Assembly: GCA_037379345.1 (NCBI GenBank)
Contig: CM074516.1
Coordinates: forward strand, 35,377,626 to 35,441,625
Length of the DNA: 64,000 nucleotides
Direction: 5' to 3'
Source of the DNA: Perna viridis
Taxonomy: Eukaryota
A model generated the notes under the pieces. It was not told the origin of the DNA and made no database searches. It saw only the letters and a program-made list of their open reading frames with translations. This document shows, in pieces, positions 34,172 through 48,099 of the stretch (within the stretch, counting starts at the first letter, position 1; each line of letters starts with the position of its first letter). The translations under genes were made by a program, and so were the position numbers.

Positions 34172-35245
34172 AGTAGTATACTATGAGTTTCTCGGGGGAA
34201 TTAAGGGAGTTAGCCCCAATGCGCATGCACATGACGTCACATCCGTTGGCCGTGGACCGGAAGTGATCGATACGGGAGGGGGACCGGAAGTGGACCTTGG
34301 GTGTGACCGGAAGTGGACTTAGATGGGGGACCCATGACCAATAATGGGGACCATTTAGTGTCATTATATTGTATACTATAAACAGGTATGTATAAAAAGG
34401 GGTGTATTATGACAAGCGTTGTCTTTCTTTCTCTATGTATTTTTTTAATTTTCATTTTTTTTCATTAACGTTCATTGTTTTTTAATTATTTTTGCTAATT
34501 ATTTGTTTGTAATTTCATTGTCTTTGTGTAATAATGTCAAATTGAATGGCCACTTTTTGATTTGGAATTATTTGTGTTCAATGGATTGTGTAATTTGAAT
34601 AGATGTCTCACGGATTAGACAGATGTTTCAAACTTTGCATTTTACCGGTAATTTCAATATCCCGTGTATTGATTTTTAACCGCTTTTTATTGTGCTTTAT
34701 GAATACATTAAAGGTATAAGGACATGTTCTGTTATGTCTACAACAGGGAAATCAATTTTTATCATTGTTTTTTTCAGTGGTAGTTTGTTTCCTACGCCCT
34801 TTTTCGTTTGAGACTTGTGTGGTCGTCTAATTCTTTTCTTTTGTTATTATGAGGAGATTGAACTTTTTACTGCTATAGTATTTTCGATATTAGGGTTAAG
34901 GGTTATTGTTAGTGGTAAGGGTTATGGTTAGGTTAGGGTAAGGGTTAGGATTAAGATTATGGTTAAGTGTATGGTTAAGTATAGACTAAGGGTTGAACCT
35001 TCAGAATTGCGCAGGGTTACTTGTGTCTATCGCAGGTTTTGTATTGGTTAAGGCTTGGTGTTAGACCTTTGTGTTATGAATGTTATTGTTAAAGTAATAA
35101 CCATCTAGTGTTAAACCTCATGTCAGACATAGTTAAGGTTAGGATGAGTAGAGGGCAAAATTGTAGGTGATTAGAATCAGTAGAGTAGAGACAAGAGTCG
35201 TTAGAGTCGGGTGTAAGTGTCAAGAATCGTCAGAATCGGGAGTAT
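34172..35245 (+). mobile_element. Probable Polinton/Maverick terminal (TIR) remnant
   Basis: Begins AGTAGT exactly where the LINE ORF1 stops. A GC-rich block with TGACGTCA and three CCGGAAGT is followed by degenerate GGTTA repeats. No partner TIR in the window. Confidence 0.5.
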
Positions 35246-35259
35246 ATTAAATCAACGTC

Positions 35260-35640
35260 CGATATGATGAAGCCCATATATGTAAAATTGCTTAATCTGA
35301 TTCTAGATAACGGATTTATACCCGAGTCTTGGACCGCAGGAAATATCCAAACTATATACAAAAACAAAGGTGATCCTGGTGACCCTAATGCATATCGAGG
35401 GATCACCTTAATTTTAAATTTGGGAAATTATTAACATCTGTTCTGAACATGAGATTTATTAAATTTTCAGATTTTATCGGTCTTATTACAAAATATCAAG
35501 TTGGTTTAAGAAGGGTTTTTCAACAGCCGACAATATTGTTTTCACTATATGCGCTCATACAAATTTATTTGGGTCTTGGCAAAAAACTTTATTGTACCTT
35601 TACTGATTTTTATAAAAGCGTTCGATACTTTTTTAACATT
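35260..35640 (+). pseudogene. Degenerate LINE RT fragment
   Basis: Reads GFIPESWTAGNIQTIYKNKGDPGDPNAYRGITL and later KKLYCTFTDF; frameshifted. Confidence 0.75.
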
Positions 35641-35666
35641 AGAAATTGATTTTCTAATATTACAAA

Positions 35667-36131
35667 ATGGATTTGTTGTCGGCATTTCGAAGGGAAACAA
35701 ATTGTGCCCCCTTACTTGCTGACCTATTCCTTCACTCTTATGAGACTGACTTTATAACTGATTTGATCCGAAAGAAAGAATATCATTTAGCTAGATCCTT
35801 TAATCTTAGTTCCCGCTATATAGATGACGTATTATCTTTAAAGAATCCTGATTTCGGGGAATTGATACATCACATCTTCCCCAAAGAACTTGAGATAAAG
35901 GATACTACAGACGCTGTTGGGTCAGCCTCATATCTTGGCCTACACTTAGAAATCGATGGTAAAGGAAAACTATTGACCAAACTTTACGACAAACGTGATG
36001 ACTTTTCATTCAGAATTGTCAACTTTCCTTTCATCTGTGGCAACATCCCTTCAGTATGGAGTGTTCATATCACAACTCATACGTTATGCCAGAGCTTGCC
36101 GAAACTACACAAACTTTTTGCATCGCGCTAG
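35667..36131 (+). pseudogene. Penelope-like element RT fragment
   Basis: TNCAPLLADLFL, RYIDD, SYLGLHL and TKLYDKRDDFSFRIVNFPF are characteristic PLE RT motifs. Confidence 0.85.
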
Positions 36132-39100
36132 AACTGTATATACAACGAAAAGCTAAGGGCAGATAATTGTGGTCTCGTACCTGAATTTTGTTTACGTCAC
36201 ATGATATGTGTAAAATATTCCCACCATCCGTGGACAACTGTAATATTTCCGGTATCTGTACAGATTGTTCTGACAGGCCAAAACTGAAATGGATGATGCT
36301 AGAGATGCCCTTATAAGGGATAAAAAAATGTAAAGTATTGCGCATGCTCATCTACTAACCCAATGTTAGCACAAAAGGGTCTATTCCATGTACATATCGT
36401 ATTGACCATGGCTACCATCGCTTCGACAAAAGATAGAGCCATTTAGAGGCTCAAAACGGTATGATCTGCTTTATTCCATTCATTTTCGGCATTGTATATT
36501 AAAAAAACAATAACATTAAAAAAATATTGTTAATATGGGGTAGGCATTGCCTAAATCTGCGAGCATCGTGAGCTTTACCATGCATTTATCGGCACGGTCT
36601 GTGCGAGACTTGTAAAAATGGTAAAAGACATTACAAAGTGGGGGGGCGGGGTCGACCCGGATGAAATTTTTGCTTCGCAAGTGCAATTTTTTTATTTATA
36701 TTTAAGATTTACACAGCCATCACTGAAGTCTTAAAGGGTGAACAACGAATCATAATGCACGACAAAGGCCTATATGCTAATTAGATTGGAATTATTAGTT
36801 TATAAAGATAATTATGACAAACATATAATTTGGAAACAGAAATATAGGCAAATACATTGAACACTACAAATATACTTTTTGTTGTACTTCTTTGTTCAGC
36901 CAAGTTACTATAACAAATTACACTGAGAACCAGAGCAACACTACTGCTTGTTTTCTGAGTCAAAATTGAGAACTACACAATATCCAATTAAATGTCATTT
37001 ATTGGAATGACGAAATCTAATCAAATTTCTAAAACAGAAGCGAAGAGGATTATGTTTCAGCGTAAGCGGACCCAAATTAGGTTAAAGCGTATAAACTAGT
37101 CAGAAATTGAATACATTCATTATATTTTAATTAAAAATTAAAAAAAAAGATATATCCACCACTTTTATTAACACTGAGTAAACAGCAACTTTAATTTTCC
37201 CGCCGTGTAGTCATTCTAGAAAACAAATTGGCCGCCATTTTAAAATCTGCGGCAAGACGCTGTCATTTCATCACTGGGAAATGTTCAGTTATTTGCCAAA
37301 ATTGAAGACACAGTTATTAAAGCAGTAGTTTAATTATAAACCTTTCACTCTTTAGAAGCCCAGAACCAACATATAAGGGCAACATACATTTATGCAATTT
37401 TCAACATGCTTATTAGTTTATGAATCAGTCACATCACTTAGGAAGGAAGGGGTTTATCCGGGTGTCGGGTGAGATTTCACCATTAAAGTTTACTTGTTTT
37501 TAAGCGAGAGTGGGGAAAAATAGATGTGGTGGTGTCCATCCTTCACGATAAATACGGGGCAAAATGGAAGGATTTTATTATTATTTTTTTTATTTCTTAC
37601 CAGATATTTACTAGCCTAATTGTAGCTATTTGAAGTATAGATATGCTCAATCGCGATTTTTTTCAATTTTGTCAATTTTTTAGGGGCGGGAAGGGATGAG
37701 AATCTACTTATTAATTTTATTTGGCCGAATATTTGTATATATCTACTAGTAGGAAAGGAGCTGCCGTTAGGCAAAAAAGCTTTTGCCTGCACTTAATTTC
37801 GCCATTTTTGTTTTAGATAAAATACATCCAGGAGAGGCATGGACCTGCTGGGGGCTTTAAGCGGACCCCCTGCCGTAATTTTGCCTACACTTCAATTTGG
37901 CCTCAGTTACGTGCCTGCATTTTATTTTGACAAAATTAAATATTATATTTAAACGAGAAAAACACTGCAGGACAGGATTATTTGGTGACAGCTTGTTGAT
38001 AGTCTATATTTCAAGAGAGTTCAACTAAACTTTTGACGACTTAAGCAAATGGTAGCCTGGATCCCCTCCTCTCTGGATTTATTGATCGACCCCCCCCCCC
38101 CCCACCTTTTTAAAATAAGTTCAACGATTACAATATTGAAAAGATTACATACATAAACAAGGCACGATCATTGTTAAAATGTTAAATGAAGAATTATTAT
38201 ATTCCTTACTTGGACAAATACATGTGTACCATGTGATATATATTTTGCAACTTCCTTTATAGAAGTCCTTGACCTTTCAAAACCACATAACCATATTTTA
38301 TGGTTACTTTCAATAAACAGATATCCCCATATCTAATTATAGCAACATATAAAGTTTTCCAAAAACATTAATTTTGAAATTACTAACAAAGAGAGATAAC
38401 TCAAACTTATTTCAAGGAACTTACTGTGGTTTATTCAAAATCAATGAACTAGTCTGTTTCACCAATTCAATTATTTCTGAAAAAAATAAGAAAAAAATAC
38501 ACACTTAAGAAGCATAATTATTTGATTTTAAATTAATAAAATTAAAAAAAAAATACAAACAAAGTATTAGGTCATACTTAATTTTAATTTTCTTAAAACA
38601 AATTTCTGTAGAAGTTAAAAACAGACATGTGCATTAAAAAAATTCTTCTTTAAATATATATTGCTTACATTTTAGTTGAAGAGTGCCTTCCAGAAGATCA
38701 TTATTAAATTCGTCAACCGTGAGTTTATATTTGTCCAAACTTTTATTTTCTTTTCCTCCAGTTTTAGGATTCCAATATATAATCTGTAAAATAGTAATTT
38801 AACATGTATTAAGTACTATATTTATAATTATTGAATGCAAAATTAAAAACATAAAATGCAACTGATATAATGTACCAACAAAAGCAATTCTAAAATAACT
38901 TAAAATGCTAAACAAAAATTAAAAGCATAAAATACAACTAAAACAATGCTTTAACCAAATCCATTCTGAAAAAAGCACACAAAAGTTTATAATAATGCTC
39001 CCCCCATTAGGTTAAAGCAAAATATATAGCTTAGTGTTAATAAATAAGCAAACTTTTAAATAAAGAATAAAGTCTTTAATTCCACATGTATTTATTGTTA

Positions 39101-39782
39101 AAAGTTTTTATATCTTCAGTAGTTCAAATATTATTGTTGTCACATTTAGTGGCATTAACAACACCAAGGACAGTCATTCTCAAAAGTGTTGAAGGATGAA
39201 ATGAAGATTCTCTATGATTTAGTGATGTCTTGTGCAACATATGTACCACACAATTGACAATTTTATTCAGATGAAATTCCTGTTTTGATTTGGTCTCATT
39301 GTTAACGAAATATGATTCACTTGAAAGCCATGTTTTTACTTTTGTATGTTTGCGTGTAAAATTGGATTCTATAATTCCTACCAAAGCCAAACAGAAAAAA
39401 ATATTAATTAACAAAAATCATAGAGAAAAAAAGTTTATTACTTGTGAAACTCAAATATTGCAAACATCTTCATTTAATTAATTATTTCAACATTATAACA
39501 AACTGGCCATGACTACCTCATAATAATGTTGAAATTAATTTTCAGTTGATATTTTGCAATATTAAAAATTTCAGTCATTATGAAACCTAAAATAGTGCTG
39601 TTAGAAAAACAATTATTGAACATCCTAGCAGTCAAACTTATTTGATTATATTTAATTCCTTCAAATTTGGTTTCAATACAAATTATATGAAATATAAGTG
39701 AAATTCATATACATACTTCATGTTATGGAAAGGTTTACTTTGACAGAAATGAAAAAAAAACCTTCACTAAAATGTATAGTTG

Positions 39783-42290
39783 TTAGAATGGTTTGGACCA
39801 ACATGCACACCATAGAATCAAGGAATGATAGGTTTTTACCCTGAATATCTTCCAAGATTTCAGGTACTGTAGTACTTTTCTGTGGTAAACAATTGGGTTA
39901 TTTTCCTCATCATCCCATACATGTATGATATATTTTCCTTTATAAAATGTAGGTGGTTTATGTTGGTTTACAGAGTCTGAGGAAGATGGTTTTGATACAG
40001 GATGAGCCAATGGTTTTGATGGAGGTTCTATTGATGATGGTGGATAATCTGAAGCTGATGATGAATTGCATAATATTTTTAATGAATGATGTGATGGAAC
40101 AGGTGGTTGTATCTCCATTAATTCACTTGACTGACAATTGTTATTTATGTTGAGTTCTGAGTTTTCAAGTAAAATTAGCTCTTTTAATTGTTTTACCAAT
40201 TGGTTTAAATCAGCCCCTTTTCGAAAAATAAGTTTGTCATCGACTTTTTGCTTCTTTTCTGTAAGTAATTTGTTGTTTAACAGCTGAAATTTTGTCCTTT
40301 TTATAAGTTAATGTATTCAAAAAATCTTCTACTTCTCTTTTTGACTTCCATTTGCCACCCATTTTTGAAATTGCCTGATGGAGTAAACAAGTTTGGACAT
40401 TATTTTTTTTTTAATTTGGCTTCTTTTTCCTCAATTCTCTTTTTCGAAATTGAACCCCTCTCTCACTGTAAGGTCAAAAATTCCCTTATATCTTTTTGCC
40501 TCCATTTTTCACCATTTCTTCTTGCTGTTTCTATATTTTTTGCTTTGTCATGTTTTGTCTCTAACCAGTCTAAAGTTTTATTATTACGCAGCATAAAACT
40601 TTGGCATTTATAGATGTTACATTGATATTGGTGGAAACAGTTTTTTGTCTATCGAGTTGTCCAAACATCCTTTCCATGGTTACGTTAGTTGCAAAGTAGC
40701 TTTCACTTTCCTGTAATTTTTTCAGGGTTGGTTGATAATATTTTCCATTTGGTAAAAAATTTGAAAAAAAAATTCCGACATTTTAACAACATAGCTCCAG
40801 TAACATCTTTAATGACTTCAAAAACAATTGAGCTGCATTTTTCTTTTAAAAGTGCCATCTGATATACTGGTGTATCATATTTCTCATCATTAAATAAATC
40901 ATAATCATTGTTCAAAATAATTTCTGGAGTTTTAGTAATTTTTTCCAGTTCTTCAACAAATGTGTTAAATATAGGACCCATTTAAAGTATGGGTAAATCT
41001 TTTGATGCTATTGAAAAATAAGGAGCTGTAATTTTAGTATTAATAATCCCCAGTGCCAAAAGAATGGAGTTGATAATATCATTTTCTAGAAGTTGAAGTA
41101 TGGACTGTTTCAACAAATTTGGTTTTGATCCACATGACTAGCAGGTAATAAAACTTTATCTTCTGCCTCAAGTAATAAACTCCACAAACATTGTTAAAAA
41201 TACATTAAAACGGTTTCCCTTCAAATTCATTATAGGTATATTGGAAATTCCATTCTCCATCATAAACTGTTGAAAAAAAAACAGGTTTCCCTACCTTTTC
41301 ATTGTATAAAAGTTTTGAAACGCATACTAATAAATTCTTGGTAAAAGATTCTCCTTGTTTATTGAATAAACATGGAAATTTCAAATTATGTTTTTGCTCA
41401 ATGTTTCTTGATATTTTTTCAGCAAATTCATAAAATTGAATCAGTACATATATTGAACATTGAAATTGATTTAGGTCCAGTGCTAATTCATCATCTATAT
41501 TCTCATTTTTCATTTCATAAATAAGTCTATTAGCCATTAGTTCGGTGTTACTTCTATCAGTCATACAATTGGTGATTTTCGATAAAAACTTTTCTTTATC
41601 ATTGACCATATCAACAGTAGCACCTACATAGTTTTCAGCAGATCCACTAGCTATTTCCTTAATTCCTGTGAAAATCAATTTATATATCACAGGATGCTGT
41701 ATAATGAAATAAACTTGATAATATGTTTTGGATGGGTACGTTGTGAGACAAGCAGCTCATAAAACATTCACTAACTGCAAAACAGTAACCCTGACTCACT
41801 GATTTGTGTTGATGTGGTTTTCATCTTTTTGGTAATATTTTTTAGTTTTAAAAAATCTAGTTCTTTAGTTACTTTCTTAAGTTTTAAAACCTTTCTCTTC
41901 AATTTTTTCTTTTCATTTCCCAATTGTATGATTTGGGTGTTGACTTTCTTCTTCAATGCTAATATTTCTGTAGGTTGTACTTCTTTCCTAATCTTCTTTG
42001 GATGTTTGAATGGCTCGGTTAGAAAAAGTACTGCTTCATGTTCTTTTCTGCATGTTTTTAAATATCTCAGTCTGTTGTTTGTACTAATTATCCTCTTTTG
42101 GAGAGTTGATGGTAATACATCATCAGGGTTAATTCTCCATATTTTACAAAACCAGTGATGTAATATTCTTCTGCATCCAATTCCATTGTACGATTTTGCA
42201 ATTAAATGCAAATCAATAGCAGTTTGGTTGGTTAGTTTTTCCACGTGAAATGGAATTTGAGGATATTTGTGATTCACATTAATCAGCAGA
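39783..42290 (-). pseudogene. Decayed large DDE-type transposase-like gene
   Basis: Collinear broken ORFs: basic coiled coil; KEIASGSAE, NCMTDRSNTE and QFQCSI; ATNVTMERMFGQLD (hAT-like ERxF C-terminal motif, about 40650-40692); Tudor-like KGKYIIHVWD at the end. Superfamily uncertain. Confidence 0.55.
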
Positions 42291-42735
42291 TATTACCTTA
42301 TTTACTAAAGCTACATGTAAATATATAAATTGAAGCTGTTAAAAAGCAAGCTGCAATAAATAGAGTGTGCAAGCAAAACTTAAAAAGCAAAGCAAAGTGA
42401 CTTTAAATAAGCATTTAATAGTTGCCATTTTTATGAATAATCTCACCTCATTTTTTATATTTCCATCAATAGTTGGAACAAATGATATTGAAAATTGGAA
42501 TGCAACATTTGTATTATTATTTTTCATTGGTTCTTGCAGATCTTAATGTGATTGGGGCTCCACGTAATATTACATTTACAGGTACTCGTATAAAGAAGCT
42601 GTGCTGTACTCGGATGAATTGTATTTTTTTAACATTTAATTAAAAATCAATTCAATTTAGATAAATATATTGTATTTAATTATTTCTCACTAAATAAAAA
42701 TTAAAATCATTATCTTAGTATAGTTATTATTATCT

Positions 42736-43530
42736 TCATTTCCTGCATTTCATACTGCTTACAGAATGAGATGATGAATTGGTATCACTGTCATCCAACT
42801 GAAGAATTACTAAATGCAGGGAAGGAAGTTCACTTGCCTCACCTGAAACATCATGCAGGTAAGCCTCAGTGTCACTAGAACTCACTTCAATGTAGTTAGA
42901 AAATTTATTATTTTCATAACTAAAAGGAGGCTGAGTTTCTGCATCACTGAAACTTACACCTGCTGAACATGCAAGAAGATCAGGTGGCATTTGGGTTTCA
43001 GCATCAATGAAGGATACTTCCTCCTGTTGGTTATGTAAACAGTTTTGAGGCTGAGATGCACAGTCACTGTCACTGAAACAAATGCCAGGTGATTCTGCTA
43101 CATGTTTGACAGCATATTCAGAATCAGACCACAGTTGACTGTCATAATCATCAAACAAATTTGATTGTGTTTGTGATTCTAGATTAAAGCTACTGGAATC
43201 TGATTCTGAAATTGCCATACTGCCTTCATCTGATGTACAGCATGTGACATCAACAGTGGATGAATCATCTGACCATGTGTCACTTAGATCAAACAGGAAA
43301 TCAGATGAATCCACTGTTTCTGGAGCAACTATAACACTTGCATTTGCCCTGCAATTGCAACAATTAGTCACATGGGTATGTGCATGGATCAGCAAGTTCC
43401 TCTGCAATATTGAAGTCTGGGAGAACATCAATGTTTTCTCTGCAGACAAATCTATATAGTAACGCTATTCTTGCATCATTGCATTGTGGCATTTCCAATA
43501 ATTGTGTCCTATATTGACATCTTGCCATTT
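42736..43530 (-). pseudogene. Frameshifted intronless ORF: Cys-containing N-terminus plus Ser/Asp-rich repeats; function unknown
   Basis: ORFs 43364-43546 and 42736-43449 overlap; repeats VSFIDAETQ and VSFSDAETQ. Confidence 0.4.
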
Positions 43531-46500
43531 TCTGTAAAATTAACATCTCATAAAATTTTCTATAAATCTATGTAAAATTATATATTTTCTTCAATATTCT
43601 AGTTTAAAATCTATAATGTTTGGATAAAATTAAAGCCAAAGACGACAGATGGAATTAATAAATGGTTTTAGAGTATGATTGTTTTCATAACTAGTCTAGA
43701 ACATAAAGAAGAGAGATCTTTATATGTTAGCCCAAGCAAATGCACAATGTTTCTTATAATACTAAATAAGTACATACCAAGTGAGGCCTGTTATACAGGA
43801 AATGTATCGTGTAATCAAGGAAATGTATTGTGTTGTACAGGAAATGTATCAATCTACAATAAAGAATGTAATAAAAACATCACCATTGGAAAGAAGAAAT
43901 ATACTATATTGTATTGTTTTCATATAAAATACAAAAATTATATGATACATGATAGATTTATTGGTTGCATCATGAAATTTATCACTTTAAAACTTGTCAA
44001 ACAAGATAAATTCACTTGTACATGTATTTAAGTTGTTTTAGTTGTCAAAATAAGGTTTAACCTTACACAAATTAAAACATAAATTGTTTTTATTGAAATT
44101 AATGGAATTTTGACCCAAATGTATAGAAGAAAAGAAATGAATGGATGTTAAAATTCATAAGAAAGTTACATTTATAAAGGGGGATTACTCAGTAAAATTC
44201 ATGTTTTTTTTTTGTCAGTTTTTCCTTTTTTTGTTACTTTGTAAAATGTTTTAATATGTAGATGATTTTTTAATAAATGCTGAAATATTTAGTATTTCTA
44301 AATTTAGTTTATCATATAAGGCATTGTTATGAGTTTCTATCAAGTTAATAGGCTTAGAGTTATCTCCCCTCTCCAAAGGACATCTGAAATATTTATGGTA
44401 AACCCAAAATAGATTATGTAAAACTATATTATGTTTCTATTTTTGCTATAAATTAGAGCTTAAAAGTATTCTGTTGCAATCTGTGGTAAAATTTTGTTAT
44501 ATTGATTAAACTATCTATGCACAACAACAGAAATATATTCAAAATTTAGAGTGTAATTGACATACAAAATCATTATTAATTGGTCAATGAAACAAAAGAG
44601 TGAGAAGCTGAGCCTGATTGTTTTTGTGCTAGACCAAAGAAGAAACAGCCCACAGGTAGGCAACCCAACCAGAAGCAGATATAATTGAAAAACCAGATTG
44701 TCATGAAGGTATAACTAGAAGCATGTTTATCTGTAAAAAATGACTCTTATTATAAATTTTTACTAGTAATCTTCTTTATATACAATTTAAATAACTTATT
44801 TCTAATAATTTTTGCTAATAACAAGGAAAGCAATGTAACAAAGGAAAGGCAATCCCAGTTGAAACCCCCTCTATTGAATAAATAACCTACACTCTGTAAA
44901 ACAGCATTTATTTAACATGCCAATGTATGTTTCAATGAAGATGTATACTTATGCTAGTTGTCAACTGTTATTTAATATATTGATGTGATTTTCCAACCCC
45001 CCCCCCTTTTCTTTATGTTCAATTTGTATATGTAATGTTTTCAAGTGTATGTACAAAATATTTATATAGTTTTTTATTTTGATGATTTTTATCAAAAAAA
45101 AGTTTTTAACAGTACATAGAGAAAAAAAAACTATAACCAAGGGAGTTAACTCTTAACCTCATATTTCCCAAATCAATTTTTCACACGTATTCACATAATA
45201 GTATATTTTAATGAAACACTCATTCAGGATTTTTTTTACAAAAAATATCGTCTATTGGAAGTGCCGCTGAGTGCTAGCGCATATTACAAAAAAAATATTT
45301 GCAAAAGAGAAGAAACCCTGTGTAGCTACACATGTCTATGATACGATTTAATCTAAAAATAGATAGGCTAACTGGTATTTATGGAAACGCATTTGGGTCA
45401 CTTTTTAAATTTTCATTGCTTCATCTCTTCTTTTTTAACTTGAGTTATTGTACATCAATATGACAAATCGACTTAAATAATTGCACTTGTTCTACTGTAC
45501 TATTCTTGTGGACAAATATACGTCGATTTGGCGTCGCTATTTTATGGAAGCGTATATTAGTCACGAGTTGCCGAGTTGTTTTGTTATCAAGTAAAAATAA
45601 ACAAGTAGGACAGATGCATTAAATTTCAATTTGTCGACTTAAATTTGTTCAATTGTTTACTTATTTTCTTTACTTTCCTATTTGTAAAATGTGAACATGA
45701 CAACACCTTTAAACAAGTCTACATGTCGCAAGTATATTTGTTCTGTTGCATTTGTACAAACAACGAAGAAGTAAACTTAATGATGTTTACTTGTTCAGTT
45801 ATTAAGTGGACATTTCGCCTTTTTTAAGTTGACTTGTTGCGTTGGAACAGGCTAAATCAACTTGTTGAAATGAGAAGCGTATGGAACAAGTCAACTTGCA
45901 TTTGTTGACTTGTTTGGTTAATTTCTTTTCTTTCCGACTTTTCAAGTTGATATCGCTCGGAAAATGTTTCTACATGCACCACATGATTATTTCAGCTAGA
46001 AGCATGGCAGTCTAAGGGGATGGATTTCTTTTAAGGTATCTATGCTTAATTTGTCATAGATTGTACCCCGTTCATTATGAATTCTTATGTTTTTCTTCAT
46101 TCATTTTTATTTCGACCCCCGGGTTTTGACTCCTGCCATACCATATTTCAAGTGGCGGAAGCAACATTCTGTGCATTGAACTCGCAATAATAACTGAACT
46201 ATAAATAGTGGTCTGACCCACTATGGTTTACACAGGACTTTTTTAGGCTCTTTAGCTCAATGGGATCGATTATACCGAAAAAAAAAACCATAAACGATCT
46301 TTCTCAGAGTTATATCTTTTTTTATCATTTGCTGTAGTTTTGGGTTTTTGTCATGTATGTTACATCAAGCATGACCATGTATGATATAAGTGTGATTTAA
46401 AAAAAAACAAAAACAAAAAAAAACAAGAAACAAAAAAACCTTGGTAACCCTTCTTGAAAAAAATACTCCTGAAATCGCAGTTTTTGTTGATTTTAGCAAA

Positions 46501-48099
46501 TTTATTTTGCGATCTGGATAGCTATACAGATATTAAGAAATTTAGTTTTAATTTGCCAAAATATGATTAGTATGACAAAAATATCTTCAATGTAATGTGT
46601 AAAATAATTGGTTGATCCTTCTGGAGTTCTAATTTATAAATAAATGATGATCATATGGTTGCAGTTGTTGTCCGTTAACGTTCAGTCAAAAATGAAACAG
46701 ATTGATGACTATTAAATATTTGACTCATCTTTTCCATGTTGTGTTTGAAAGCCTGAATCGCTCACCTGGCAGTGATTTTGTTACCTACTGTTTACCCTTG
46801 AATACATGCTTTTTTCCTAGGTTGCAAAATTATTTCAGAATCATGCAGAATTACCTAAAATTATCGGCACAACGTTTTCCCTAAATCCTATAAGGGGGGG
46901 ATTGTTTAAAAAGGAAAACAGAACATGTATATAGTTTTTCCCAATTAAGCCAAAAAGTACTGATAAACTTCTCTAATTTCAAGGAAGGGAAACTTAAAAA
47001 GGTAAACCATGCCCTTAATTAAAGAGAAAATGAAATTATGTATACCAAACAATATTTCGGGGGTCATAACTCCTACAGAAAATTTTTTTTTTCTTTAACT
47101 TAGTAGGAAGGTAGAGTTCATTTCATTAATCAGCTTTCTTTTTTTTATTTCCAAGATAAAAGCCAAAAAAAAAAAAAAAACCGGGAAATTCAGAACATTT
47201 CAAGGACCACAACTCGTTCAAAAATATTAGATTGTTTTCTTTCAATGTTGGTTGAGCGCTTTATGCTGTTTTATAATTAACATTGATAAGCTTTCTATTA
47301 AACATTTCAAGATAAAAACGAAAAAAATTCTGAAGCTTTAAAGGTTAATATTAGTTCAAATATATTTCTACCTTAATTTGTTAGTGGAGCTCGTCATGCT
47401 TTTCATTTTCATAATTTACATTAATCAGCTATCTGCTATAGTTTCAACGTTAGCATGAAACGGAAAGTTTGGACATTTTTAGGGCAACAACTCTTCAAAA
47501 CTAATTCTAATTATCTTGAACTTCGTAGACACGTAGTGTTGCATTTGATTAAACAACCTTTATTTTAGATTAGTGATCCAGAAACTCATATGCTTTCATG
47601 CTTCATGAACAGAGCCCTTTCTTGACATATAGGTAGCGGCATATTTTTGAAGAATAATCGAAGCTTTTAGCTACATGTAGGTTACACTGTATGGAATTTA
47701 CATCGATAGCCGGGCGTTTGGATATTGGAGTAAATTTTGCGAGTAGTTTAACACAGTTACAAATGATTTCACGGATTATTTTTATGTCGCCTGTTAGATA
47801 AGACACGGACTATTTGATTAAATTTTCCAAAGAAATTATCTTGCAGTAACCATAAAGTAGAAAAAGTAATCTGACCGCGAAGTCGGCGAAAACAATTTTC
47901 TGACCCGCATACAAATACCCCCCCCCCCCCGCCCTTCGGAAAATCAAATGGTCCGTGCCTAAATCCAAACGCCCGGATACTAATACGGATTCCATACAGT
48001 GGGTTAGTTTGCCTGTCCCTAAAATGTGACACAATACGATCGAAATATTTTATTCATAATTTTAACTTTCTAATTACTGGACCCTTTTCTTAGCATTTT

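Noticed and set aside
34890-35000. Interstitial telomere (TTAGGG)n
   Set aside because: Only a few degenerate units inside a mobile-element fragment.
39124-39414. Secreted protein with signal peptide MLINIFFCLALVG
   Set aside because: Non-ATG start; the hydrophobic stretch is a T-rich tract ending in TAG, more like a splice acceptor.
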